A DNA stretch of 64,000 bases from Spironucleus salmonicida. Lineage: Eukaryota. Position 1 is the stretch's first letter; the number at the start of each line of letters is the position of its first letter. Location of the stretch: contig NC_090598.1 of NCBI RefSeq assembly GCF_000497125.1, positions 1,240,001 through 1,304,000 on the forward strand, in the 5' to 3' direction. A model generated the notes under the pieces. That model saw only the letters and a list, made by a program, of their open reading frames with translations, did not search any database and was not told the origin of the DNA. Shown one piece after another: positions 26,586 through 40,303 of this stretch. A program made the position numbers and the translations under genes.

Positions 26586-26736
26586 TGTATGTTGAAGCGG
26601 AAAAATTATTAATATTTCACATATAATAATATAGATATACCAAACTATTTTAGAATTTTCGTTTTTGTTACTTTATATAATTTATGTAACTCCACCAACA
26701 ATATCACGATTAAAACCATCAACTCGAAACGAATAA

Positions 26737-27348
26737 TCAAATTTGATTCCTAATTTTCAGATTCTTCACATACTCCTGATCTTATAACATCGTCTATTTT
26801 GCATTTTTTATAAGTGCAACTGTACGAGTATTCTCTAGTTTAAGCTCTTCTCCTTTAAGACTCCGATTGCGTATATGTTCTTATTTTACTTACTGAATTC
26901 GTTCAATATTTCTTCTTATCTTCAAATTTTTAACCTCCTCTGCCTGTCCAATAATACGCTATTTTTCAGTTGTTATTTGTCTGATTTTAACCATTTCTTA
27001 ATCATTTGGGAGATACGTTGGATGCTAAAACCCTATTCTTAGCTTTTTGAGAAGGCCGAAACTAGCCATATTTGCATTCTGTTAAGCGCGAATTCTAGAT
27101 TTTACTTCATTCTCTTTTTATTCCGCCTAAGCTTTATATTTTTTGAGTAAAATTATATTTCTTGCATTAAATTCATGGTCCATTTAAACAATTTTTTGAC
27201 TCCTCTTACTATTTTAAATAGATAAAAAGTTTTCATAAGCTATTTTCTCTTTATCAGTAAAATTTAATATTTTTGACTAGTAGATTGTTGACTGCTCCAT
27301 ATAGTTTTATGGAGCAATAAGTGAAAGCGTTGTGGGATCTGGATTCAT
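26737..27348 (-). CDS. Hypothetical basic coiled-coil protein (203 aa)
   Basis: Uninterrupted table 6 ORF. Confidence 0.7.
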
Positions 27349-27793
27349 TTAAAACTAGATATAATATTATATAATACATAGAAATCATTATTTTTGAGAT
27401 ATTATTCTAAGTTTTAATGAGTTTTTATAAATCTAACACTATAATACAAGTTGAAAATAATAAAAAATATATTTTAATTTATTAGAAAAAAATATAATGA
27501 AAATCTATTGGCCTCATTTTAAACCATGACTTAAAGTTCCATGCTAATTGCATTATTAATTAAATTTGAGAGGATTATGCCTAATCCTAATAATTTTTAT
27601 AGTTAACTCTTACCTATATGATGAGGGTTATAGTTTAAATTAAAAGATATATTGCATATATAGTTACTGCTATTTTATATTATTTGACGAAAATTGATGT
27701 ATTTTATATATAATTAAAGTAAAGTATCAGTAATTAGTTTTATCAAATAATAATCTATATAGAAATATAGAAATATAGAAATATTATAAATAA

Positions 27794-29539
27794 TCATTTC
27801 TTATAGTTCTTTAATACCTTTTAGAGGGTTTACTCTGGAGTGGCCTAAAAAAATACCTGATTTACTGCCTGACTTTAGACAAATAGCTTTGCCGAAAAGG
27901 GTTGTGTTTGATAATTCTTTAAAAATTATATTCTTGATTTCCCCATTCTGAGTTAACTCTCTGCGTGTGCTGCTTCACTTAGCAGACTCTTTTTTTGCCT
28001 GTCATTTAGATGTGGCTTTAATTCTAAATACTTACTAAATTTATTTTTACAATATTGAAATTAATCCACATAAACTTAACTTTTTACTAGATCAACAAAA
28101 TTTTCTTCAATGCTTTCTTCTTTATCAACATGTTCTGGATAAATATCCATATACTGATCCATATCTGCAGTTTAAATCACTTATGTATCCTATTCATAAG
28201 CTTCAAAACTTTCTCGCTTACTATTATGCCTTTAAAAATTTTAAAAACGCTTAGTTTGAAATTTCTATTTTCCTTTAATAGTTAACTCTGTTTTTTCATT
28301 CTAAATAAAATCCTGAGTTTCATTTATTAAGGCAAAACTTAAGATACTGGTTTTTATTTTTATTACTTCTTTTACTTGTTTCATAATCTATCTAAAAATT
28401 TATTAATTCTATAATATTAATGGAAAATCGCTTATAAATTAAAACTTTTCTAAGTCAATCTCACAAAATTCGACTATAAAGTTCTCTTCAATACATTAAT
28501 CTAAAAATAAAAGTTAATCATTACATCTAACCAATGAGCATGTAAATAAAATTCCAATAAAAAGATCAAACGTATACATCTTATGTCCAATATTATTCTG
28601 AATGTATTTTTTTAGTTTATCTAATGGATTTATTACAAATTCAAAGCAGTGCAACAACTTTTCATCTGCTGGCGAAGCATCACAATAAAGTTATGAACCA
28701 TACTATGAATTAATACTTTAAGTTGTAAATCGTTAGCATTTAGAGCACTATAAAAATGCATTCAGATTATTATTTAATATTATTTATATGCAATATCCCA
28801 TTAATTTCGTTAAAAGTTAAGATTTTATAAAATTTGTATCTTCTAAAATAAAATTAAATATAGATTTACTAAATAAAAGTTTTAAAATATCCTAATTAGT
28901 TATAAATTTGAAATCAATATAAGTTAAAAGGATGTGATTTTCAGCTATATATTATAGGCAAATATTTGAAATTTTAGGTATTTCTAAAAATTAACTTGCT
29001 GCAATAATTTAAACAACGTTTTTTGGTGTAAGATTTAGCATTTAAGAATCATTATTCCTTTCTAAAAATAATATTATCTGCCGGAATACTTCAATATCTG
29101 ACTAAATCGATAATTAAAAATCTGTAGTCTTTTCTAATATTTATTTAAAATAAGGAATTTTTAATAGAGTTTTATTTTAAACTATTAACAATTCGATTTA
29201 TCCTATAGCGTTTTCGACGGTAACATTAATAGTATTTGGAACTTATGGTTTGATATGTTAAACATCAAAATCGTCTGACGCTAAAATATGTTACTGTAAA
29301 TTTTATTTAGAACTTTGTTAATCTTAGCAATGTATAGGGTCATATCTATTAATATCTTCTTGGTCTAGCTTTGAATATACAATAATACATTTCGCTGCAG
29401 GTGCATCCATGATTTTTGCGACCATATCCCAAAACAAATAATCAGGTATAACTTTTCGTTTTAATTTTTTAACTGTTTAAATCAAATCAGATTAAAACTT
29501 TACAGCTTTAGATTTTTCAATTCTTGTTTTACTACTCAT
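27794..29539 (-). CDS. BTB-domain protein, SANBR/KIAA1841-like (581 aa)
   Basis: INVTVEN...LLKIPYFKQIL..LSIQSDIEVFRQII...LTPKNVVQIIAASQFLEIPKISNICLQYI, then a CSKC Cys motif. Confidence 0.75.
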
Positions 29540-29593
29540 TTTAGTTTTTGAAATTATATTTATATACCATAATATATAAAGAAGTAAATATAA

Positions 29594-29854
29594 TCAAAGT
29601 ACCTCCAAATCTCTTAAGGGCCAGTCTTCATGTGAACCATCTGGTAATTTTCTTCTTACGATCATAGGTATCTTTTTTTGCTTCAATTCTTCTCTGGCCA
29701 CAACTAAAGGGTCTAAGGCACCAGCAGCAGTGGTAATATTTACATTAGGTGGAGCACCCATTGCTAATTATTAAGCTCTTGCTCCTAATATTCTAGCTTT
29801 TTCAAACTTTGTCAAAAATGGAGGTGTAATAAGATGACGAACTCCGTCAGACAT
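29594..29854 (-). CDS. RPB6: RNA polymerase I/II/III shared subunit RPB6 (86 aa)
   Basis: TPPFLTKFEKARILGARAQQLAMGAP...DPLVVAREELKQKKIPMIVRRKLPDGSHEDW. Confidence 0.97.
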
Positions 29855-29936
29855 ATTAGGAATGGAATAAGAAATATATAAAATTATTCTATATATAATA
29901 ATTATTAATATTTATTTAATGAATATACATATATTA

Positions 29937-30695
29937 TCACTCTTATTTTTCTTTGTCATTTGAAAGCTCTTAAAAATCTGAGTTATTAAATATTTGTTTT
30001 TCAATTTATATATCATGTGTGTCTTCTATATGCATAGTATCTCCAATTCTCTAAGCTTCCGGTTTTACATTTTATTATTAAGGTTATTTGAAATTATTTG
30101 CTTCTTTCAGTATATCTTATATGACATCAGATAAAACTTCCATCTCATCTTAATCTAATAATTCAAATTCCTAAGTAAACATGATAAAATGTTAAAAATA
30201 TGTATTTAATGCTACCATATTATCTGAAAAGCAACCTAAATGCGTGTAATAAATATGAGCATATATTCTGAAAATTCTTCTATTAATAATACTACAAATT
30301 TTAGTAAAGTCTTTGGGAAATTTACCTGAAAAATTAAGTGGAAACATCTATTAATTTTTTATTAGTAAATTATTTTCATCAATCGCTTTTTTAATATACT
30401 CAGAAGCTGGCAGTTTTACATGGCGTAGAGTAGCAGGCCATGTATAAGAATACGAACCAGCAGTCATTTCACATGTCTATTTTTAACATTCATCTTATAT
30501 AAAAGATACTACCAGTTAAATCTACGCCTAAAACTCACAAATATTGAGTGCAATCCATTCATTTTTATCTTCATTTTCTGGAAGCGATACTATGTCTTAC
30601 AGATTTCCATATAATGTTTACTTGTTTTTAATTGTAATTTATTAAAACGATTCAAGTTTCTTAATTGAATTTTATTTAAAAAGGAGTTTATACAT
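29937..30695 (-). CDS. Mob1/phocein-family kinase activator (252 aa)
   Basis: VSLPENEDKNEWIA, MTAGSYSYTW, LPASEYI, FPKDF, RRIFRIYAHIYYTH, LNTYFQHF. Confidence 0.93.
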
Positions 30696-30984
30696 TTTTA
30701 TTAGATTCAGTAATAATATTTAATATATTATATAGATATATTATTTTAAACTATTAATAATACTATTAAAGATATATTATATTAATTAAATATCTAATAT
30801 TAATTTATCAGTTTAACAGATGTAAAACAATATAATTTAGAATGATCATATTAGGTTAGAATAAAATAGATAGTATTATAGCGATTGTAAATTCCTAATT
30901 ATATAATAATAGATTTTTTTGCCTCATATATCAATTTTATTTATTATATTATTAATAATATTATATTAATACTAAATTCCTCTT

Positions 30985-32349
30985 ATGGATTATTTAAACT
31001 TTATATTTAGATTATTGTTTTTTATAGAACATAATATTACAAACAATTGTATAATCATTCAGAATTAGTCTGCTTTGTCTGTTATCCATTATATATTTTT
31101 TGAATAAAGATATTTCATCAACGATTAGCATTTTAAGAAGAATGGACCCTTAGTTATTATGATTGGCGGGGAGGGCGAGATTTCTAAATCTTTTGTAACA
31201 GAGCCCTACTCGTCCTACTACTTTGCCCAGCAGTTGAACGGGCTGCTCATTTCCCTTGAGCACAGATTTTACGGAAAGTCTGGACCAGAGTTCACCAATC
31301 AGGACATCGTGTATTTGAACTCGCAGCAGACGATCGCGGATTACTCCAAGTTCATACCCTTCATCAAGGAGAAGTATAACATCACTAAGGTCGTTGTGAT
31401 GGGTGGGTCCTACCCAGGGTCCCTGGCCGCCTACCTGAGGGCCAAACTGCCTCATCTCGTCGACGCCGCCCTGTCATCCTCCGGCCCCGTGAAAGCCCAG
31501 TTCAACTACACGCAGTACCTGATCCATGCCCAGCAGCAGCTCGAGAGGTACACGCCTGAGTGCACGCAAGGGCTCCAGAGCGCCTATATTTAGGTCGAGA
31601 CCCTCCTGAACGGTACCGGAAAGGACCTCGCAGCCCTCTCCACGCTGCTAGGTCTGGGCGCCCCAATCACTACGGTATCCACCCTCGACAAGCAGAACAT
31701 TCTCGAGCTGCTAACAGATCCCGTTGCGGGGATAGTGCAGTATGCCAAGGCCGGCGACATCGAGGGGTTCTGTGACGGCGTTATAGCGGCAGGTACCGCC
31801 GAGAACGTAATCTCGTACCTCGCAGCGCAGGCTGAGCTGACTGATCTATACTTCGACCAGTTCGTCGCCTCTCTGAAGGGCCTCAATAACTCCATGCGCT
31901 CCTGGATGTGGTAAACCTGCTCGGAGTTCGCGTACTTCCAGTCGGCCGCATACGAGGGCTCTATCTTCTCCAAGATGATCAACCTGGACTACTTTGTGCA
32001 GATGTGTCACGATGCCTACTTTGTCGATCTGGGAATTTCGGACAGCGTAGAGAATTCTTACAAGATCATTGCGGAGGTCATTTCGACTACCAACAACCAA
32101 GTATACGGCGCCAGGATTATTCCGAGGGATCACATCTACTACACAAACGGCGAAGTGGATCCGTGGTCCGAGCTTTCTATTAATGCGCATATGACTTTCG
32201 AAGATGGCTAGTTCAGGCCCAAGGAAACTGAGTATGAGCTTATCCAAGGCGGGTCCCACTGTTCTGACCTCTACATGTCTTGGGGTCAGAATTAGCCTGT
32301 TCGCGAGAGGCAGTTGAAGTCATTGAAAAAATGGCTGGATATTGAATGA
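30985..32349 (+). CDS. S28 peptidase copy 2 with an unrelated N-terminus (454 aa), or a 5'-truncated pseudogene
   Basis: Body identical to 9308-10559 bar one base; in-frame ATG at 30985 gives MDYLNFIFRLLFFIEH...; QKLDHF is absent. Confidence 0.7.
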
Positions 32350-32352
32350 AAA
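31098..32352 (+). repeat. Direct duplication, copy 2 of the S28 gene body
   Basis: Near-identical to 9308-10562; the flanks are unrelated. Confidence 0.95.
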
Positions 32353-32393
32353 AAGTTTTAGTATGAAAACAAATAGATATCTATAAAAATTAA

Positions 32394-34001
32394 TCACAAA
32401 ATCCTTTTCAATACATCTGTTTCTGTTTCATATAAGTCATTCAATTATTGATGTAATGGATTTTCTACTACGTTATCTTCATAGCGCTATACCTATTTTT
32501 TACTATATTTCTTTATTTCCATATACTAATCTTCAAAAATATCAATATTTCTTAATTCAATAAGACCTTAGCGCTTTTCGGACATTTCGTTAACTATGTT
32601 AAGTTTTCCTTTTATTTACAATGCGAAAAATCTAATACTATTCATAGTTAGCCCTCCACATGTCCAAAATAATTCCTCGATATAATCACCAACATTGGTT
32701 TTTCGTACTTAATCATTTTAAGGTTCTTCAAAAACTTTATAAATATACTTATCATATAAATCATCAATTTCCACTGCTTATATAAAATACTTACAGTATA
32801 ATATTATATTACTATATAATGATTCTAAAGTGGTGTTTTTTTCTATAACTTTTTCACAGTGTTATCTTTACAGAAATCCTAAGAAAAATTATCCGAAACT
32901 ATCATTTTCAATTACAGATATTCCGATTTATGCGAATTTTTATGGAGATACTACCTCACCAAATTACATTAAGTGATTAATTGTTAATAGTTCTGCAAAT
33001 AAATAGGGTGCAATCTAATCTATTTATAATACCATTTTTTGGTATTTATTCTCACTAGAACGAAATAGTATTTTATGCAAGTCTGATTAAAGATTTGATA
33101 ATTAGAAAAATCTAGAGATTTATAATATATACATTATATGTAAAAGCAGGCGATTGAGCTCTTTATTAGGAAATCTCAATATATCAAAATATCGCTAAAT
33201 TTAAATTATTTAACAAGACTAACATTTCTGTATATTATACTATTCGTAAATATTAATTTCAGCTAAAAATTATTTCATTGAAAAATAATTTTAAGATGGA
33301 GGCTAAATATTATATTGCTAAGAATCTCGTTTTTAAAATTGTTTTAAATAGAAATTCAACTTTTATGGTATCTTGGTTACAATTTATTCTTGCGAGAAAT
33401 ATAAATTTGCAAGCTCCCTTTCCTGCAACATAATAAGCTTAAAGTTTAAATTTAAAACAAATGGGAAGCACTTTACAAGATATAGACGTATTTATACGTT
33501 TTACGATAGATTTTATTCATCTAAAGCAGATTTATTATCAAATATATATTTACATATACAATTTTCTTAATTCGGATAATTTTTTGCTGGTTTTTGATAT
33601 GTAAAAGCAGTTGATTTTGTATTAGATAAAAAGAAATTTTCAAGCCCCTATAATTCTTGTAGAAGAAGTTAATTACCATAAATATTTAAGTAATCGATTT
33701 TTAATGGTTTAATTGTCAAAAGTGCAGAAATATCAAGTTAATTTTCTGAAATATCCAAGCATACTAGATGTGAACGTCTATAAATCTGTGAAAGAACACT
33801 AATATTGTTATTTTGTAAAAATATATAATTTAGATTTCTGCAGATATGAACATTTTAAAGATCAACTAAAGTCTTACTATTTTCTGCAATGAGCGATGTA
33901 ATAAAGGGGTATTTAGCAACTTATGAAATTAAATAAGACTATCCATTAAGATAGAGTGAAGTAACTGCTTTGTCCCAAGATTCTAGTGGATTATTTAGCA
34001 T
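32394..34001 (-). CDS. Leucine-rich-repeat protein (~535 aa)
   Basis: LNYIFLQNNNI, LVCLDISENQL, YLNIYGNQL, LRRcap-like IRLYLVKCFPFVLNLN...QERELA; start and stop in phase. Confidence 0.8.
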
Positions 34002-34128
34002 TACAAAATCAAAATTTAAGAATTATAATAATATAATAATTATGTTAATCATATGCTGGAATTTAAACTCATTATTGTTTACTATATTATATTACTTATA
34101 ACAAGATAAGAATATTTGCTTATTTCAC

Positions 34129-35211
34129 TCATTCACCTATTTTTTTTATTTTCGCAGCGGTAATTAGCGCTTTCTATAGTGCGTTTTTCGACTTCACCAA
34201 CCCCTCATTCTCTTATTATAGCCGCATAACCTCGGAATTCAACTTCTGTAGCTTCTGCTCGTTGAACTACTCCTAAAACCGCTCCACTGAGTCCCGCAGC
34301 TCTCCAGTCTCTCGCTCCAACAGCTCATTATCGCGTAAAACCTATTCGAACTTATCCTGCAGGATCTCGAAGTTCCGCTTGAGCATTTTGTTTTGCTTTT
34401 CAAGTTCATCTGCGAGGTATGCCTTCTCTACTCGTCCCTGCAACTCAGCATTCTCCCGCTACAATTCTTAGCTCAGTTTCTGCTGCCCTCTGCTCCCTAC
34501 CGCCATCGATCTCGCCTTCTGTAGCAGGTCATGATTCTTCTGTCCCAGTGCAGCCTACTCCTCCTGCTGGCTAAGAATCTCGCAAATTAGCTGTTCGTTC
34601 CGCTGTGTTAGGTCTGCATTCTCAAGTGTGGAGGCTGTAAGCTGAGTTTTGAGAGTTTCCATGTCCAGGGTCTTCCGCTCGAGCTTCTGTTCGCTCGCTT
34701 TCGCGATGCTGTCCAGAGCGTCTGCCTCCTCTTTCAGTGCAGCAATAGTGCGGAGCAGCGAACCACGTAGCACCTCCTTCGCGCTCTACGCGCCGCGCGG
34801 CAGCAGTTCACCCTCCTTGATCAGGAGCGCGTTGGCAGTGATGCGCAGCTCGCGTTGTAGATTATTATTCGCTTCCTACTACTTTAATAACTCGAAGTTG
34901 AGCCGCTGCGCCTCCTCCTCGAGCCGGATTTGGTGCGCGAACGCTCGATCCAGCCCGGCCTCCTGCGCGATCGCAGCGAGCTTTGTTTCGGTTTTGGAAA
35001 GCTGTATCTTGAGGGTCTGTATTTGTTTCTCCTGGGCCGTCTGCTTCGCTTTCGATTCCAGAAGCAGCTTCGTTTGAAACTCTAATTTCTTCTGCTGTGC
35101 GGTCAGCTGGAATTCCAGCTACTAGTTATTCTGAGTGAATGCCTGCAATTTCTGCTGGAGGGACTAGTTCGCCTGCAGCTGCTGGTCTAGCTACCGTTCA
35201 AGTTTTTGCAT
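34129..35211 (-). CDS. Coiled-coil protein (360 aa), GC-rich
   Basis: Table 6 ORF that includes track ORF 34555-34773; heptad pattern. Confidence 0.85.
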
Positions 35212-35315
35212 TAAGGAAATTGATGTGATATTGAGGGTATAATAATAGTGAAAGTTGAAAATGGGTAAATTAGTAGCAGTGATAATAAATATATAATAAT
35301 TATATATATCATATC

Positions 35316-37499
35316 TCAATATTCAATGGTATGGGTACTTTCCTCATCGTCGTTGAGCACTCCCTTGACCCCACTCCACTCAACACCATCTACGTAGTTT
35401 CCGTAATAGAACGCAGTTTCTACCTCCCCAAATACGTTTCTAGAATAGTTGCACTCTACATTTTTATTCACTAGTAGCATTTTCTCCACATCATTCCAAA
35501 TCATTTCAATAATAAAATCTGGCACCATAGTGGTTTTAAACACTTAAGACATTAATTATCCTGATTTTATAGAATATGTTGTATTGTCGCCTGTTTTATG
35601 ATTTTTCTTTAAATGAAGCAAAAATGAGACAGATTTTTCGAGTATTCTTTTTTCATAAATATATAAAAAGAACTTGAACAAGAAAAAGAAAGCAACTCCG
35701 AAGATAGCTAGTTTAATGGAAATGAAAAATAGAGACTTCAATGGATGTATGATAAAGTTAATAAATTTTGAGTGTAAGTAAGAAAAGTTCGGGTATACTT
35801 ACTCTGCAGATACAGATATAAAAAGAGAATCATTAATTTCTACTAGTTCTAAATCAGATGGTAGTTATTTTTAGCTATATAGATAGTATATTTTTTCTTT
35901 AATATTAGGGAAAACATCCTCGACAGAAAATAAAAACTAAGTATAACTTATTGGTTTATGTTTATGTGTGCATTTACTATTAATTATACAATCTAATTCT
36001 AGTTTATATGCACTTAGTGATTTTGAATAGCTAGTTTTAATCAGTTTACTAATTTTAGATTTTGAACGTATAAAGGCCTCATTGATTATAACGGAGTCTT
36101 CTGAGTTATATATACATTTAAATAAACTATATGTCTCAACTGGAAAATTATCAGAACCTAGAGAATGAAGTAAATTTTGCCTAATATTGTAAAAATAATT
36201 ATTAAACTTAAATTATAAGTCCGTATATTTGGATGATTAAAATTCCTTAATTTTTAAATATTCATTTTGGCAGCTTATAAACTCATTATATTCATTACAA
36301 ATAGCAAACTATGGGCAATTAGTTGGTTGTGTGCTGGTTAAAGAATGTGAAGAATCTATCTTATTTCTTGGTAATACGAAGGCGAATATTCTTGTCAATA
36401 GTCCAGTTAATATAGGTACTTTAATAACTGCCTCATTATTCAAATAATTTATAATAACTGTTGATAAAATTAACAAAAAGAAAGTGGAATTTATTAAAAT
36501 ATAAATATTGTATTTTGATGTAAATACAAATGATTTGAAAGGAAGTTGTGAAACCTTTACTGATTTGGTTTACTCAGGTGAGAATAGAGCATCATGTTAG
36601 TTTCTGGCTTACAATGAAAAATTTAAATCTGACTCCTTAAGGCACGAAGCCACATTTTGTTCTGGTGCTTGTATATATTTTGGAGGACCCTTATTTATTT
36701 TTTTCTTTGGATTCTTTTTAGGTTTTTTCACAGGTTTATCTGGTGATTGAGTTTGAGATGGCTCGTGCACAGATTTTACAATTCTAACTGGAGAAGCTAT
36801 ATCTAATACTGATCTAATATCTTTGTGGATATCTTCTATTGCTTACTAGGTTTTTCTATATTCTTCTGAAATTGTTGTATTTCCAGTTTTTCCTAAGTCT
36901 GCATTAGTAAAATTTGTAGTAAAATCAAAATTTGAACCATGTACTGATGAATTTCTATTATACTAAGATTGTTAAATTGATTGTTTAGATTGATTAGCCT
37001 ATACAAAAGTTTCCAGGTCTACTTTTTCTTCTTATTACTTTTTACTCACTTCCATTTGAGGTGTTCTTTCAATACCCTTTGGAGGCTTAAGAGCCCTAGT
37101 AGGTTTAATCTCGGATGATATATCTTTATACTCCTACTTAAGCTTAGATTTTATAATTTCGTTTCCTAACAAATTTTGTCCAGTAATTTAAAATGCGTTA
37201 AGCGTTAGATCTTACTGCTAAGCTTACTTAGGAGCCTGGTATAATTCTACTACAGGTGGTACCTCAGGATCTTAGCTTCCAAATGTCTAGCTAAGTTTTT
37301 AAGGAGAATTGAATGTGGCGTTACCAGCAGATTTATTAATCATATATTAGTCCTTAGCACTTTAAAGGATATCAATTAGATTCTTTTTGAGAACTGAACC
37401 CTAAGGTATTACTCCACCTAATAAAGTGATCCCTTTTTTCAAATCAGATATTTTAAGTGTCCCTACGTCAACTTCTAAGTAAAATTCTACAGTGTCCAT
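35316..37499 (-). CDS. Heh1/Src1/MAN1(LEM2)-like inner nuclear membrane protein (727 aa)
   Basis: HeH-like N-terminus YLEVDVGTLKISDLKKGITLLGGVIPQGSVLKKNLIDIL; basic PKKNPKKK; two TM helices; luminal CPQFAIC; C-terminal IWNDVEKMLLVNKNV...GE. Confidence 0.72.
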
Positions 37500-37565
37500 T
37501 TAGTAAAAAGGAAAGAAGCTCGAAATTTTTACATGTAATTATAAAATAATATTTATATTCATTTT

Positions 37566-38054
37566 TCATTCCACAACTAGTTTCGCCTCATTAATCTCTT
37601 CCCTAATCTTATTCAATTCATCCTCCTCTGCCTGCAAAAGCTAACTCAAATGCATCTGCCGATCCTGCTCATAGATCTCCTGGTCCTTGCTAATGATGTC
37701 TTAAATTGCAACTCCGGTGTGCTTCCATGCTTCCATTGCACAGTAGTTTAAATTCGATCTCGTCCGATGTAGGATTCTCAGGCAGATTTCTCGCTTCTCC
37801 TACAGTGTACCGACTTAGTCTATCAGACCTAAACATGTAGTTATCTTACTACTCAAGTTCTCAATTTGTGCTTATGCTGCCTTTGCCTGTTTTTCGAGGG
37901 TTGCGAAGGATTGAGTATTGAATATCTGGTTCAGCTATGGTGCTAATACAACACATCCTGGAATATAATGCTAAATTTTTACTAATTTGACAAAGTTGAG
38001 CGTCGAATTCTTAACCGCATCGGGAGGAAAATTTGTGCTGAAAAGGCCAAGCAT
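37566..38054 (-). CDS. Hypothetical protein (162 aa)
   Basis: Uninterrupted table 6 ORF ending in GAATGA. Confidence 0.7.
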
Positions 38055-38083
38055 TTTTAGAACATGTTATACAGAATATAATA

Positions 38084-38854
38084 TCACTAAGTCAAAATAA
38101 ACGTTTAAAATTTGTGATTCGATGCTTCAATTTATCCGTAGTTTATGATCCCATTCATTACTCCGTGCAGAGTATTTTGCTTGAAAATAACAGCTTTGAT
38201 TCTGGAATGTAACAAGCATGCACCTTAATACGCTGTTGGTTCCCGGTTGCAAAGGAGAAGGCAGTCCGTTAAAAAATGAAATGACTTATCATTTATAAGG
38301 ATCTCTCTAGCTCTGCATAATAGTGAAAATTCATTTAATAAGTATTCTGGAATTTGTAATTCTTCCTAAGAGATAAACTACTCTTTGTTGTTAATGAATA
38401 CCGTGTTATTCTTAATAGAAATTAATATTATTCCATTTTAGATTAGTAAGCAGTCATAATCCATTAATTACGGTATAAAAGGTTATATTTATTCAAAATA
38501 CTGGATTTACTCCTATTACAGTTCTTTTTGCTGTTAAATATAACTGGATAGCTAATAGTTCCAATTATTGTCAGTTGTCTCCAGCCCTGAATATACTAAC
38601 TCGATTTCTTGTATTAAGTACGGTGTAATTTCATCAATTTTCTTAAATAAACTGGTACATCCTTACCAGTTTCCAACAAAAATTATTATTTCAGCTTTTT
38701 ATTTGTTTTTCCTAATTCTGGAAATATGACTAGGAAGTTAACACTCCTTTTATGATTTGATTAAACATTAAATTTAATGTATCTTTTAAAAGTCTTTTAC
38801 TTCAATAAGCATACCTTAAATTTTAAGTTTTTTATTAATATAAAGCCTTTACAT
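38084..38854 (-). CDS. tRNA adenosine-34 deaminase non-catalytic subunit Tad3/ADAT3-like (256 aa)
   Basis: LPSHISRIRK; LTDCLLLCNREP....GACLLHSRIKAVIF; SNHKFQTF. Confidence 0.75.
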
Positions 38855-38905
38855 TTTATTATTAATATAATATTAATATAATAATAGGATACGAAAATTA
38901 TATTT

Positions 38906-39853
38906 TCACACACTAACTTTTACGATAATTAAAAATTGCCCAATGATAATAATAAAAACACATAATATAACACCAGCCTAGCTTATAACAACATATTAAG
39001 AGGCTTCGTCCATAGCTCTATTGATATTGATATTTGCCTCCGAACCTAGCTTATCTATTTCTAAGAAAACATATTTAAGATCTATTTAGCTCTATAAAGT
39101 TTCTTTATGTAAATTTCTTGCTAAATTAGCAAGTTGTGTGCTTAAATCTCGAAGATTCTTTTGAAATTCTTTTGGTTCAAAGTTTTTTCTTTAAACTTAA
39201 AAAATTGATTAAATTTTCGTCTTTTTTGGTTTTTATTAGAGTCTTTCTGTAATAAGTTCCTCTTAAGCTTAAATCCTACTGCAGAAATAATCCTATAGCT
39301 ATGTAAAGCACTAAATAATTTCTTATTAAATATTAGCATTATAAGCAACTATTTAAGGCTCAATTATAATATTTTCTCCTTCATAACTTTAATAGTCATC
39401 TAGTTCTTATAGAAGTTTTTACTTTTATAATTCAAGATCCTATTGTCTATTTTTAACTTCTATCTTTTTTTTAAGAGCAAGTGACTTTTCTGCTTCCTAT
39501 TATTGAATCTTTAGCTTCATAGATTCGTTCGCAAGTTCATCTTACTAGTAATTTTTTATGTTCGATACTGGAGCTGGAGGTATAATATCATTCATATGAA
39601 AATATAAGAAGTCTATTATATGATTTATAGAAAATGTATCCGAATTACTGTGAATTGACATGAAATGTTGCAAAGCTTCTCGTGTTGATTAATCATCAAC
39701 CCTGGATAAAAAGCCTAATTAGTCTACAGTAGTATAATTATCTGAAGTTAAGCTAAAACGTTAAATTACATCTAATACTTATTACTGTATATCTAAGTAT
39801 TGTTCATAATTTTCATCAATTGGAATTGGAAGTGACATTTGTGACCAAGACAT
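38906..39853 (-). CDS. Tail-anchored coiled-coil protein, SNARE-like (possibly Use1), 315 aa
   Basis: LSTQLANLARNLHKETL heptads immediately before a C-terminal TM helix GVILCVFIIIIGQFLIIV; alternative start at 39595. Confidence 0.65.
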
Positions 39854-40303
39854 CTTTAATATATTATATAGTACTGCTTGTAATATTATATTTCCATATA
39901 TCAATTGTATTTATATAATATTTGTATATATAAAATATTAAATATAGATTAGCCACTAAAGTTATTCGAAATTTAATTATTAAATCTTTAGCTAACAGAA
40001 AATATAATAATAAGCTAATGTTATTTCGTAATATTGATCTAATTGATAAGATATTTAGATTCGTTTTGCTTAGATTAAAACAAGTATAACTTTTATATAT
40101 TTATATCCAGATAATTTTATATGTAAAGTTTGAAATCTGTTACAAATCATAATAATAAATTATTGTGCTTAATGAAGAATAATATTTTCGTTATTTACAT
40201 AAAAACGAATCTAATTAGATTAATTTTGCACCAAATAGAAAGGTTTTATTATTTTTAGAGTATTATGTTTAATATTAACTTATATAACAACATAAGTGAA
40301 ATA

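Noticed and set aside
27757..27790. Short tandem repeat (TATAGAAA) x3
   Set aside because: Too short and AT-rich to mean more than slippage; no spacers, so not CRISPR-like.
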